Assembly: GCF_006345805.1 (NCBI RefSeq)
Contig: NW_021833893.1
Span: 124,001 to 188,000 of the forward strand
DNA length: 64,000 bases
Direction of reading: 5' to 3'
From: Octopus sinensis
Lineage: Eukaryota
Shown: positions 1 to 13,445 of the stretch, piece after piece
How the letters are laid out: each line of letters begins with the position of its first letter
Numbering within the stretch: position 1 is the stretch's first letter
Made by a program: the position numbers and the translations under genes
The notes under the pieces: generated by a model
What the model saw: the letters and a program-made list of their open reading frames with translations, nothing else
Databases searched by the model: none
What the model was told of the DNA's origin: nothing

Positions 1-531
1 CTTATATATCATAAAATAATCAAAATTAGAGTGAACTCCCTAGTGTTTATGGATTTATTAATAATAAGAAGGTTAAAATCTGTCAATAAAGTTAAAATAT
101 AAGATTAAAATCAAGCAATTCTTTAGGTTAAAAAAATGCCCTAGTTATGACCTATCCAAATTGCCTTAGTTATGACTTACGAAACCGAAACTTAACACGT
201 GTATGTGACGAGAGAACCGAGTAGGCTATGCTGGGATTGGTTTTCTGCTAAGTATTAGTGAGGTGAGGTAACAAGTACACTTTGATGGTAAGATTGAGTT
301 TCTAAATGGTATTGAGGTTGTATCAAAAGAATGTAAAATGCTAAATCAAGTCTTTTAACATTAGATTATATAAATCTCATTGGATTATATAAACTACACA
401 GACCGAACAATACAATCCCCTTGCAAAGCTACTGTTAATTGTATAAACGAGAATATCATCAATTTCTTGGATGGAGAATTTAATCATTTACAAAGGTGTT
501 CATTTCTACGATACACACATATGCACACACG

Positions 532-608
<77 letters not shown>

Positions 609-809
609 AAATACACGTACACATGTGCGAGTTTAGCAATTACGTACATAAGACACATACGCACACATACAGAGGCGCGCGCGCTTTTACAAAATAGGTT
701 GAGTGTGACTTCGAAGTTTCGTCAGATAGCCAGAGAAAGACGAGCAAGGTGAAACACTCGAGGTCATTATCAATCTTTTTCCTTGTAAAGTTAATAAATA
801 TTACGAAGA

Positions 810-1052
810 TGTACTTGCATAGCAAGTGACCTGATCTGAGATCGTTTACTAAAACAAAAGCACTTGTAGCATGGAAGGTGTTTATAAGCCATTTAAAAAC
901 ACAAATACCTTTAGATTCACTTCAACATTTAAATTTAATTTGTCTAAATATTTTCATCGCTTTGAGTCAAAATGTTTTCGTCACTGTGAGACTGACAAAA
1001 TTCCGTTTTTGTGTGTTTTTAAATGGCTTATAAATACCTTCCACGCTGCAAT
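810..1052. mobile_element. MITE-like element with ~40-bp inverted repeats
   Basis: ttgtagcatggaaggtgtttataagccatttaaaaacaca (864-903) is the near reverse complement of tgtgtttttaaatggcttataaataccttccacgctgcaa (1012-1051). Confidence 0.55.
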
Positions 1053-1139
1053 TGTTGTTAATAAATATCCTATTCTCCTGAAAAGTACTGTGTAATCTTT
1101 CAGTTTATTGTCAAACTATTAATATATTTGTGTGTGTGT

Positions 1140-1188
<49 letters not shown>

Positions 1189-1217
1189 GAGTGAGAGAGA
1201 GAGAGAGAGGCAAAGAC

Positions 1218-1620
1218 ATGGGTGTATGGTTAAGAAGCTCACTTTGCAACCACTTGGTTTCGAGTTCAGTTTCACTGCGCAGCATCTTGAGTAATTAACT
1301 TTTATATCGTCCCAAGCCGTCCAAATGTTTCGTGAGTGAATTTGGTAGATGGAAAGTGTTGAAAGACCGACGTACACACGCACACATATATATATAATTA
1401 TGAATATGTGTCTGTGTGTATTTTTGTACTTCACTACTGCTTATCAACCACTGTTGGTTTCTTCATGTCCCCTTAAATTAGCGGTTCAACAAAAGAGAAC
1501 AACAGAAAAATACCAGACTTAAAAATAATGGGGACAATCTGTTCGATTAAATTCTTCGAGGCAGTGCCCCAGCGCAGCTGGAATCCAATGACTGAAACAA
1601 ATCTATACAATAAAAACGCA
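1218..1620 (+). mobile_element. Octopus-type tRNA-derived SINE (family A), diverged
   Basis: Head ggtgtatggttaagaagctc...gagttcagtt and tail ccccagcgcag...aatgactgaaacaa match the cleaner copies at 18292, 24105 and 39012. Confidence 0.7.
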
Positions 1621-1673
1621 TAAGATAAAAAAATATATGTGGGTACACTATATACACACACAAAGACATAAAA

Positions 1674-1755
<82 letters not shown>

Positions 1756-2253
1756 GAGGGAAGGGAGAGAGTACATTCCACATACGGTACTAATCAGGCC
1801 AGACTCACCGCCAGTTCCAGCTGTACCACCACTACCATTCTCCCCCTAACCATACCATAAGCGACTATCACTAATATCGTTATTATCACTACCACTGCCA
1901 GACAGAGGCATGGCGTATTATCAAGTGCATTGACGACAGTCAACTGAAATGAAAGAATGTAGCAACTTCAGCCCTATTCATAGAAGCGTCTGGTTCTATT
2001 TATTTACTTATTTCTTGTTACTTTTTTTATTACGTTATAGCCTACAGGAGTGACAAATCTTGTTTGTGTATGTGTGGTGATGTAAGGTTTAAATCATATA
2101 GGGATGTTAGGTTCTTCGCAAAGAAGTACACGCATACATGGGTGCATACAGCATGCATGCAAACATACATACATACATGCATGCATACATACATGCATGC
2201 ATGCATACATACATGCAGGCATGCATACATACATACATGCATGCATGCATGCA

Positions 2254-2284
<31 letters not shown>

Positions 2285-2805
2285 GTTGCTATATGGCTAT
2301 TAAAAGGGAAAACTGTAAACCTGACAGAACTACATAAACCATACCCACACATATACACACACACACAAACACATACTCAATACCAAGACACACAAAACGC
2401 AAATACCAATCATGCACATGCATATACACACACACAAACACAACACCAGGACAATCATACACACGGTTGACAAACGGGCACACATACATACACCATCCTA
2501 CCAATTTTTGCAAACACTCACAGACACATCTATTCACACCACATATGTATATACACACACACAAAGACACACACACTCGCACCATTCTGACCTCTAAAGA
2601 CCAATCCCCCAAATCATTGATGCTTGAAGTAGAGACAAAAAGAAATTCTTTTCAGTTCCACATTACTCTTCCTTCCCCCACCAAACACACCTACAGTGTC
2701 CCTTGAAATAGAAAATAGTCTTTTATGATAACATGGTGGACCAGGTCAGTTTGAACCTCCCTACTACTATAATGTAAACTTTTTTGAACTCATAATATTC
2801 TGTAC

Positions 2806-3240
2806 GTGTATGTATATACAGATACAATACCAATATTCCACTGAACTTTTTGATAATTCCTTCTGGAAACTATCTTTAACATTTTCTTGAGAATGTATAT
2901 ATATGTTGTAATCTTTTGTGCTCAATATTTTAATGAACTTGTTAAACTTTTCTATGTTTTTAACATGTTCTTGTTACCAAAAAATGTATATATGTATTGT
3001 AGTATTTTGTGACAACAAATATTCTGTGCGTGTATGTATATACATATACAATACCAATATTACACTGAACTTTTTAATAATTCCTTCAGGAAACTATCTT
3101 TAACAGTTTCTTGAGAATGTATATATATGTAGTAATCTTTTGTGCCCAATATTTTAATGAACTTAAACTTTTTTATGATCTTAACATGTTCTTGTCACCC
3201 AAAAATGTATATGTGTATTGTAGCATTTTGTGACAACCAA
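2806..3240 (+). repeat. Tandem duplication of a ~220-bp unit
   Basis: tacaataccaatatt...ctgaactttt...gagaatgtatatatatg...ttttgtgacaac occurs twice in tandem. Confidence 0.85.
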
Positions 3241-3387
3241 TAATTAACACAACCAAACTTTTACATGTTATTTTTGACAATCTGTTTCTAAAAAGTGAAA
3301 CCGGTAAAGTAAATAAACATCTTTTAAAATTGCATTTTCAAACCTTCTTTCATATATAATTCCATTCGTGCGGGACCTTACAACTCA

Positions 3388-3487
<100 letters not shown>

Positions 3488-3653
3488 GTTTCAGCTTATT
3501 GTACTTCGATACGGAAAAAGTCGACAATCACTATTGTTTCTGAAAGTTGTTTTTTAAAATTTTTTCTACGAATTGTTTGAATCTCACTTTGTTCCTATAC
3601 CTCGATCCTTGGACCTTGCATGTCTCTTTCTCTCTCCCTCTCTCTCTCCCTCT

Positions 3654-3717
<64 letters not shown>

Positions 3718-3729
3718 GTTATACAACAA

Positions 3730-4705
3730 GACACCAATATTTGCTGGAAATAGTAGTCGATAACAGTACGACGCTATGTAAAGTTCATTGGCAAAGATGT
3801 GTGCGGGCAATGAATATAAAAAAATTTCGTCTTACATTTAATAAGAACACCGGATAGATGAACAACCTAGAGTGGATAATCTAGTACTCGAGTTTTGGAC
3901 TTTCCTAATACGCCTGTTATTGTAATTTTTGTTAGTCCTCATCAGCTAGATTCACCGAACATGACATTTTTAAATATTCATTACATCAATGCCAGTATTT
4001 TCGGTTGAACACCTAGCCGTAAACGGAACCTAAATCAGTGAAAACGTTTTATATAAAAATTATAAATATTATTGCAATACAATAGTTTTATTTTCCAGCT
4101 TAATAAAGCACCGTAAAGTTATAATTTAAATAGGAAATAATGCCACAACTGGCACCAACGACCCTGCTGTATTCTTCAGATAGTCTTTTGTTTTCTAAAC
4201 TATGTTTCATCTAATGATTACGGGTTTTTTGCAATGAACTAATGTTCTCATTCTTCTATTAAAGAACTGCATAAGAAACAGCTGTAATGAGCTGACTATT
4301 ATCCTTTATGAATCTAGCTGATGAGGAATAACCGAAACCGGCGTATTAGGAAAGTCCGAGACTCGAGTACTAGACTATCCACTCTAGGTTGTTCATCTAT
4401 CCGGTGTTTTTACTACGGGTAAAACGAACATTTTTTTATATTCGTTGCTCGCACACATCTTTGCCAGTATATATTCAGTGAAACTTTACATAGCGTCGTA
4501 CTGTTACCGACTGCTATTTTCAGAGAACATTGGTGCTTCGTTGCACCACTATTCCATATTTGTAATTCTACTTTTACGGTGCTTATTTAGAAAATAATGC
4601 TATTGTATTCCAATTCCAGCTCATTACAGCTATTTCTTACGCATTTTTAAAAAGGAGAATGAGAACATTACTTCTTTGCAAAAAACCGTAATCATCAGAA
4701 TGACC
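3730..4705. mobile_element. Penelope-like pseudo-LTR fold-back with two sets of inverted arms and a hammerhead motif
   Basis: 3730-3955 is inverted relative to 4308-4535, and 4070-4296 relative to 4540-4700. Contains CTGATGA...GAAAC and GAAACAGCTGTA motifs typical of PLE pLTRs. Confidence 0.7.
4313..4350 (+). ncRNA. Minimal type I hammerhead ribozyme motif
   Basis: TCTAG-CTGATGA-GG(AATAA)CC-GAAA-C(CGGC)G-TA-TTAGG: canonical core, 2-bp stem II, GUA site, stem I TCTAG/TTAGG with G-U pairs. Confidence 0.65.
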
Positions 4706-5239
4706 AACAAAATTGGTATTTGTGGGCACTTAGTGGGTGGAGTTAGGTAAAGAATTAAGTTTGTGGAAAGGTATAATATGATACCGGTTGAAATAGGGGT
4801 CAGCTAGACTGGTTCTTTGGGAGGCTAGAGATGGAGTGTAGGCGATTAAATTGTATATTTTATTATACTAGGCTTATTTAAAGAATTCGTAAGAAACAGT
4901 TGTAATGAGCTGACAATTATCCATCGTTTGTTATTCATTTAATTATAATACACCATAGGGATTTACGACACGTCGGACACCCTGTAGTATACCAACATCG
5001 TTCGATCAACGTAACGTGTGCTTTGGACCAGCTCCTAACTCATAGGGTTCGCGTTCTCGGTGTACACAACCGGAATATCCTATTTGATATTTATCAAGCA
5101 TAGGCGGTGACCACAAGTTTTTCCAACCAAACCTGGTGCATATTTTTTCAAGTACTCCATTCTATCTGAATCTTTATTACACACACACACACACACACAC
5201 ATACATATATATAAACACACACACACACGTGCATATGCA

Positions 5240-5540
5240 TGACACTATGGTTAAAAAGCTTGCTTTTCAAACACGTGATTTCACGTTTTATCTCACTGCA
5301 CTGCACCTTGGGCAAAGTCTACTCTTAGAGCTCCGGGGCAATCAATGTCCTGTGAATGAATTTTGTAGATTTAAAATGTGTTTATATCTATGCAACTTAG
5401 CAGTTCGGTAAAAGTGAAGTCAGAGGACAAATATCGGTCTTTAAAAATATGTACTGGAGTCGATTTATTCTACCAAGTGCTTCAAGGTAGTATCCCAGCA
5501 TGGCCAAGGTCCAATGACTAAAAGAAGTAAAAGATTTTAA
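5240..5540 (+). mobile_element. SINE family A, degraded
   Basis: ggttaaaaagcttgct...caccttgggcaa...cccagcatggcc...aatgactaaaagaagtaaaag matches family A. Confidence 0.6.
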
Positions 5541-5955
5541 GAGAGGGAAGATATATGCATGTGTGTGTGTACACACACAGACATACACACATTTTATCTT
5601 TAAGGAGACACTGACTTAATAAGTCACTCCCAATAGTCTTCTTGTTAAAGAACAATTAATTTGTAATCAACAAAATGTCTGAGGCAATCCTTCAGTTTAA
5701 GGTAAAACTGTCTTAAAACTCAACATAAAATGAAGCATTAATATATGTATATATCAAAATCAAGTGTAGAGATAAATATTCACATTTATTCAGGGCAGCT
5801 TACGAGTGTTTTACAAGAAAAACCTCGTAAAAAGATTGCATCTGGAAATCTTCAGAAATGTGTTGCCATAATTAGGTTTCATAACAGACATATACATGCG
5901 CATGCTCGCACACACATATACACATATTCACATATGATATACATACATGCATAAT

Positions 5956-7956
5956 CTAGCAATGCATCCCGGCGTTGCCCGGGTGTTATGACCTACAAAA
6001 CATATTGTATTATTTGTTCTTTTCTTATGGGCAGAACGACCACAGCTGATATATAGTGAACTGGATTACTGGTGTAATGGAAGTTATTGTTTGTTTAAAA
6101 GTAAAGGGGTGAGGAGGGTACAATTTGCGTTGGTTTGCATGAAAGTGCTTTCTCTTCTTAAGAAAGATCACAAACTATATATTGCTTCATTGTGCCCAGA
6201 AATTACATTTTCAGAATTTTAGTTTCTCCCCGTCCCCATCAGAATTTCTGAATTTGTCACTTTTTTTACGAATTTTTTCTATCCATTTAGAAAAATGCAG
6301 AGATTACGAATCTGGAAAATATCTTTTTTTAAAGTTTAATTTTTCTTAAAGAAACACTCAATGTCCCTTCCGCCACCTCACCCACCCATTATCTACCCGC
6401 TTTCAAAAAGCTAAAAACATCCATAGCAAGAAATAACATAATTTATACAGAAGTTTTACTTAGAGTGTGTGTGTGTGTGCTCGCCTGCCGCGTCTGTGTG
6501 CACGCGTCTGTGTATGTGTGTGTGAAAAAGGAAGCTATTTCATAGCATTGTTTCGTATGAGGCAGTAAAGTTGTCAACTTGATCATATGGAATCATATGA
6601 TTGTTTGTTAACTTCCGTAAAAATCTGTTTTTATTTCTTTATACTATGAAGAGAGCAGAAATTGAAAGAGAGGAGAAAGTGAAAAGGCGATATTTGCTTT
6701 GAAGTGAGAGTAGAAAGTGAAAGAGAGGAGAAAGTGAAAGATGTATGTATGTGTATATGAGATGGGCGTGTATGTGTGTGTGTTTGCATGTGGGCTTGTG
6801 TGTGTTTGTGTGAGAGAGCATGAGTGAGTGAAGGCGTGTATTGGCCTGTATGTATTTTTTGCATGTATGTGTAAGTGGCCCACTCTCTCTCTCTCTCTCT
6901 CACACATCATCTTTCATAGACACGTACATAAATACTTATGCATACATATTTTGTGTGTGTCTGTGTGCGTGTGCATGTGAGAGAGAATGTGAGTGACTGT
7001 ATTTCCTCATAACATAAAAAATGAATGTCTTTGAAGGTTCACATCGTCGACGTCGTGGTATAAAATGTCGTTCAGGATAGTTGTATTATAGAAAGATTAT
7101 AATGAAAAGTATTGTTATGCAGATATATAAATGAAAATAAAGTTTATTTGTTAGCTGAAAGATTACTGAATCTTTTGATACCTCATACGTCAAAATTAGC
7201 AACTCAGTTTTCCAATGTATTCATTAATTTCCGTATTCTTTTAAAATTTCTCTGTGCCTTGAAGAGAGCAGAAAGTGAAAGAGAAGAGAAAGGTGAAACC
7301 ACGACATTTGCTTTGAAGTGAGAGCAGAAAGCGCAAGAGAGGAGAAAGTGAAAGGTGTATGTAGGTGTATACGAAACGGATGAGCGCCCGCACGTGTATG
7401 TGTGTGTGCGTGTGGCATGTGTGTGTGTGTGCGTGAGAGAGAGAAAGAAGGAGAGAGAGAGTGAGTGAAGGTGTGTGTTGTCATGTATGTGTAAGTGGCA
7501 TTCATTCGATCTCTCCCGCAGTCTCACACACATCTTGCATATACACATGCATAAATACATATGCATACATACATATGCATACATCTTTTTTGTATGTATG
7601 TGTGCGTGTGACTGATATTTCGTCATAACCTATGTGAGCGAGTGACTATTTCGTCATAACCTATAGAGAAATGGATGTATTTTAAGGCACACACTCATTA
7701 TAGAAAATGTGACGTCCCCACCGTTGTCGTGGTATAAAATGTTTACTTATAATTGACGTATAGCAAAAATAATGTAAAATTTTTGTAATACAAATATGTA
7801 AACGAAAATAAAATTTATTTGGTAGTCGGAAGATTACTGAATCTTTTGATACCTCATACGTCAAAATCAACAATTCGGTTTTCGAATGCATAAGGAAGAT
7901 ACGTACACACACAGGAACACACACACACACAAACTCTATTTTATATATATGGAAGA
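5956..7956 (-). mobile_element. Non-autonomous Helitron with internal ~600-bp tandem duplication
   Basis: Minus-strand 3' end cccgggcaacgccggg hairpin then CTAG (5956); 5' end TCttccatatatataaaatag (7956). Same hairpin type as at 44851. 6630-7215 is repeated at 7240-7885. Confidence 0.65.
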
Positions 7957-7980
7957 CGTCCCTGTCTGTCGTTCTCGCTG

Positions 7981-8113
7981 TCTATCTCTCACATTCCCTG
8001 TGTGTCTATCTCTTCTTGTCTATCTCTCACATTCCCTGTGTGTCTATCTCTTCTTGTCTATCTCTCACATTCCCTGTGTGTCTATCTCTTCTTGTCTATC
8101 TCTCACATTCCCT
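7981..8113 (+). repeat. 38-bp minisatellite, ~3.5 copies
   Basis: Unit tctatctctcacattccctgtgtgtctatctcttcttg at 7981, 8019, 8057 and partial at 8095. Confidence 0.9.
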
Positions 8114-9817
8114 GCGATTGTTTTTGCGGTGAAGAAATTTCACAGATTTCTCCATGGTAGAAGTTTTCGACTTCAGACGGACTACCGACTGTTATTATCA
8201 ATTTTCAGATCGAAGAATGGACTCCTAACCATACAGCTAACAGATTACAACACTGGGGTACAATATTGTTAAAGGCGGCGAGCTGGCAGAAACGTTAGCA
8301 TGCCGGGCGAAATGCTTACCGGTAGTTCATCTGTCTTTACGTTCTGAGTTCAAATACCGCCGAGGTAGACTTTGCCTTTCATCCTTTCGGGGTCAATAAA
8401 TTAAGTACCAGTTGCGTACTGGGATCGATCTAATCGACTGGCCTTGTGCCTAGAGTAGAAAAGAATATTGTTAAATTACATCTTTAAGATGGAGTACATT
8501 CCTTCTAAGAAAATTGACCATGCGAATAGTTTATCTAGGCTAATTCCGAAGAATGCAGAACCACTGGACGATAAGGTAATAGTCGCATTACAATCAGAAA
8601 AGGAAATTAAAAACGTTATGTGTAACGTCATTCAGGAGTTGCCAGTAACTGTACAAGATATAAAAAGTAAATTAGCGGAGGATAAATGCATCATAAAAAT
8701 GAAGGAAACCTTGAAAAATAAACAAAAGAATGCGAATGCGAACGCGAACCATTTTTCACTCTGTGACGATGCATTAGCTACAAAGAGTGGTAGTACCAAC
8801 TTACTACAGAGACGTGTAGCGGACACCTGGGTATGTAAAGAATGAAAGCTTTGATGAGGAGTTACATGTATTGGCCGACAATGGATTGGGACATTGGAAT
8901 TTTGGTAAAATCATGTAGAGGTTGAGCGCTCGCAGCCAAGGCACCACCAGTGAAATACCAATCGTGGTCTGAGACGGATAGTCCCTAGTCCAGGGTACAT
9001 GTAGACTACACTAGACCAGTGAATGGCTTTACCAGTTGATAACTTTACTAAACGGCCGGAAGTGTGTTGGTGCAGTCAATCTACCTCGAAGGCAACGATA
9101 AAGTTCCTGCACGAACTTTTTGCTCAGTAGTTTTGCTATCGGACACCATAGTATCGGACAATGGAACACATTTTACAGGATACGAGTTCAAGAAATTTTG
9201 GAAAATGCATGCAATCAAGCACATGTTTACGTCGCCCTACCATCTGAGGTCAAATGGGCAAGCAGAACGATCCGTAAATACTTTCAAGCGAGTGCTGAAA
9301 AAGTGAGAAACGAATTAGGGAAGAACAAACCGCTAACTAAATTCTTAAGGGTGTACAGAATTACGCCCAATCTGAATAGCAGTTCAGGCAAGTCGCCTGC
9401 AGTGCTAATGCTTGCTCGAAAGATTAAATCAAATTTCGACAAATTGTTGCGTATGGAAAAAATACAACCTCCCACCAAAATACAACCCCCCACCAAAAAA
9501 AACAAAAAAAACAAACAATAAATCAATTAAATATTAAAGTCCGTTTCAAAGTATACGAGAAGGTAAAGAGAGTTGGAAGGATGGTGTAGTGACTAAAAGA
9601 AACAGAAACATGATATATTTAATAAAAGGCCAACGATGGGAGCATAAACGACACCTAAATCAATCAAAAAGAAGAAAGGAAGGAAACTCCAATGGAAATG
9701 TTTTACGCTATGTTCGATGCGCCAGCACCGAAAGAGATTGAGCCTAGAAGGAGCAGTGACAGAAAACATAAACAGACAAACATTTAGAAATAATACCTAA
9801 GTAGAAAAGATACTGAA
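8114..9817 (+). pseudogene. pol: Decayed Ty3/Gypsy pol (RNase H, integrase), interrupted by a SINE
   Basis: RNase H AIVFAVKKFHRFLHGRSFRLQTDYRLLLSIF; zinc-binding region GHLGM..MKALMRSYMYWP; integrase core DTIVSDNGTHFTGYEFKKF...SPYHLRSNGQAERSVNTFKR. Many stops and frameshifts. Confidence 0.92.
8274..8463 (+). mobile_element. tRNA-derived SINE with Meta-like central domain (family B), 12-bp TSD
   Basis: ggcggcgagctggcagaaacgttagc head and gccgaggtagactttgcctttcatcctttcggggtc core; flanked by aatattgttaaa at 8262-8273 and 8464-8475. Confidence 0.9.
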
Positions 9818-9840
9818 CTCCCGAAGGAAGTAAAATTTCA

Positions 9841-10016
9841 AAAAGGGAGTGGTGTTGGAATGAATAGATAAGTAAATAAATAAATAAATTTCATTGCCCT
9901 ACGGAAGTCGAAATCTCAAATGGGGAGATGTGGTAGGGGTCACGAGATTTTCTGCGAGAATAGACTTCCCTGGACGACTATAAATAGTAGCGGTCTGAGT
10001 GAGAGAGAGAGAGAGC

Positions 10017-10076
<60 letters not shown>

Positions 10077-10270
10077 CTGTTAATCGCAAGAAGTCGTAGT
10101 TGGTAGTTTGTCGGAGTATCGTTTGTTGGATCATGTATAGTTTTGGAGAGTTTGTTGGATTGATACGTTTTTGTTACCCTGCTTCATTATACCTGCTACT
10201 CGGTTATAGTGTAAAAGAAATATCGTCATAAATATTGGCGATACTACGATAATTAGTGACGAGTAACTAC
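9841..10270 (+). mobile_element. Polypurine tract and probable 3' LTR of the Gypsy element
   Basis: aaaagggagtgg followed by TGTTGG (9853) just after the pol end; tataaata TATA-like motif at ~9979. Right edge uncertain. Confidence 0.65.
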
Positions 10271-10271
10271 G

Positions 10272-10331
<60 letters not shown>

Positions 10332-10343
10332 GCATACATACAT

Positions 10344-10427
<84 letters not shown>

Positions 10428-10496
10428 CCGGAGTAAACACATAAATGTGAAACAAGGTGGAAAAAAGAGTACCCAAATACCAGTGGTAGAGTAATA

Positions 10497-12293
10497 TGCT
10501 TTATTTAAAGCAGCAGAAAATTCAACAAAACCTGTTAATCTGAGTTTCACGTTGCCGTTCATCAAAGATTGCACTTAAAATTTTTCTTGTGTGTTCCATG
10601 TCTGTATGAAAGGGAAAGCATGGTGCCGAGCCCCTTAAGAAATGCAATTTCAAAAATGAATCCTCCTGTCCATTGGAAGGGAAATGTCTAGTAAAAGGGG
10701 TCATTTATAGAGCCAAGGTACAAATAGAAGGCTCATCGGAATACAAGACCTATACAGGGGCTTCAGAAAATTCATTTAAAACGCGATTTTATTCGCATAA
10801 AAATTCATTTAGATACCCAGAAAATAGGAAGAGGACCAGCCTAGCAAAATATGTCTGGGAACTAAAAGAAAAGGAAACCCCACCTTTCAACGTGACATGG
10901 AGCATTCTGGACAGAGCGGTACCATACAGACATGGTTTCCGTTTCTTTTAGTTCCCAGACATATTTTGCTAGGCTGGTCAAGAACCCTTAAGGTTAGCTA
11001 TTCTTGTTGCAGAAATTTCGCCTCTTACATTAGCCAGCATATTAGGAATCTGATTGATATTAAGCGGTACCATACAGACATGGAACACACAAGAAAAATT
11101 TTAAGTGCAATCTTTGCTCGTTCGAGAAACTTTATATTTTATTCAAAGACAATAATTCTTTGAAACAAAGAAGTGAGCTGATGAACTCATGCAGGCACGC
11201 AACCAAATTTAAAATGTCAAACATAAATATACCATATGGATAGAGTATATTTTGTCTTTTTGTATTTTTGAATTTTGAAATTTTGATTTTTGATTCTTGG
11301 ACTAGTCTGTAAACGCACCGATGGATTTGTTTCGCGCTATGCAGATTTCATTCCGTATAGCAAAGTCTCGTGCATATATTTTGTTTATTTTGTTTATATT
11401 TCTACATATTCCTTAGGAAAAACCTTCGACTTAGTTTATTTCATGATATTATATTGTATAGGCTTACTTTGATATTAATATTATAGATGATCCGAAATAG
11501 GGTGTTATATTTTACATGTCTTTCGTATAATTTTTATTATTACACTCACCATTTTTTAAAAAGCAATGTTGTCAGAACCTAGGCATTTTGATGTAAATAT
11601 GTGTATAGCAACGAATATATATTTGTAAGCATACGTCTTTGTATATGTGTAAGTGAGCGTATGTTTGTACTTAAGCACATATATACACGATTGTATGTGT
11701 ATGTATCCACTTGAACTTGTGTGTTTGCGTACTTGTCTCTATATATATGTGTGTCAGTATATGTGATTACACAGTTTGTGTACATAATTTTTCTTCTTTC
11801 GTTTTCCCCTCCCCCCTTTTTCTTCTTTTTTCTCTCTCTTCCCTTTTTTCTCTCTCTTCCTTTCTTTCGTGTTTTCTCTCTCTTACTTTTCGTTACTTGT
11901 AGAGTCCTGTAACTTTACGTCCCCCCTCCCTTACCCATGTCTTCAACTTTATATCGTAAATAAGAACGCCCCTTCCCCATCCATGATTTTAGCTTATAGT
12001 CTTTATAGATACAGTGGTTTTGCGTGCGAACTAGATTGCGTATGCATATGTGTACATGCATTTGTGTGTATATTTTAGCTTTATATTTATACGTCTGTAT
12101 ATGTATGTGGTCTGCACGCATCTATCTGTGTATGTCGATGTATATATGTATAGTTTAATATGAATATGTACTTCCGTGTAATATTTTAATGCATTTTAAC
12201 ATTTTAATTTCAATTTCCATATATTAATTATATTTCCTTTATTAATGACAATATGTATTTTATTCAATGTAAGGTTTTTCCTCGAATTTTATA

Positions 12294-12325
<32 letters not shown>

Positions 12326-12528
12326 AGCTCATTTTTGTTTATCGCTCGAAAATTGACCGTTATTTGTAAAGGACCAATCAAACAAGTCCATTTTTAAAGG
12401 TGTAGCGTTTATACTAGTCTGGATAGAATTAACATATTGGTTCTATTCTAGAAAAAACTGCCCGATGAACGGCAACGTGAAACTCAGAGTAACAGGTTTT
12501 GTTGAATTTTCTGCTGCTTTAAATAAAG

Positions 12529-12530
<2 letters not shown>
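10497..12530 (+). mobile_element. 5'-truncated, rearranged Penelope-like element (GIY-YIG remnant and 3' pLTR) with inverted terminal pLTR copy
   Basis: CNFKNESSCPLEGKCLVKGVIYRAKV...YTGASENSFKTRFYSHKNSF...TSLAKYVWELK...WSILDRAVPY (10620-10945) and CNLCSFEK...SELMNSCRH (11105-11200). 10497-10564 is inverted relative to 12464-12530. Confidence 0.85.
12458..12496 (+). ncRNA. Minimal hammerhead motif with CCGAUGA core
   Basis: CTGC-CCGATGA-ACG(GCAA)CGT-GAAA-CTC(A)GAG-TA-ACAG; one mismatch at the base of stem I. Confidence 0.65.
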
Positions 12531-12573
<43 letters not shown>

Positions 12574-12817
12574 CATTATATACATTACATTATTCTTGTA
12601 ATTTACTTAATCTTTACTATTTAATTGTTATTTTAATTTTAACTTTTCTATTATATGTAATTTTCTAGATGGTGTAATTTAATTATTCATTTTGAATTGA
12701 TAAAAGGTGGATTTTTTCTAATATTTCATATATATTATATTGTGTGGAATTTGATTTAGTATTTCTAAATTGAATTCTTTTGTAAGTTTGGATTTTATTC
12801 CCTCAAATAATAATTAT

Positions 12818-12888
<71 letters not shown>

Positions 12889-12898
12889 CATACATACA

Positions 12899-13068
<170 letters not shown>

Positions 13069-13072
13069 ATAT

Positions 13073-13105
<33 letters not shown>

Positions 13106-13176
13106 TATATATTATATATATAATATATTTATGTATATATACATACGTATATACACATACTTACATTTATACGTAT

Positions 13177-13445
13177 ATCTATTATATAAAATCCGTTCTG
13201 TCTGTGTATATGTCTTCTAGGATCTCGAGCATCTTCCATCCGATTACGCTCGAATTTGAAATGTAGATACCGACGGTATCAGGGCGTGTATAAGTCTTGA
13301 AAAAATTACAACAATCGATTCCAGGTGAGAATGCGATCGATAAAGCCGTGGGAATGTCCATTTATACGCGCAAGTACATCAGCTGTTGCGATCGATACTA
13401 CGCGTTCTCGAGAAAAATGAAGGTGCAGTTTGAGCAAAAAAAGCC
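13177..13445 (+). mobile_element. Helitron-like non-autonomous element, 5' part
   Basis: Starts TCTATTATATAAAATCCGTTCTGTCTGT, resembling the TC-start, TCTG-repeat 5' end at 43658. Confidence 0.45.

Noticed and set aside
701-760. Possible minus-strand hammerhead (GAAACTTCGAAGTC with gagtgt/acactc stem)
   Set aside because: No CUGAnGA core; at best a dead relic.
7981-8113. 38-bp repeats of CRISPR-like length
   Set aside because: Head-to-tail with no spacers, no cas genes, eukaryotic context.
11178-11195. CTGATGA motif
   Set aside because: It is coding sequence (ELMN) with no stem II or GAAA.
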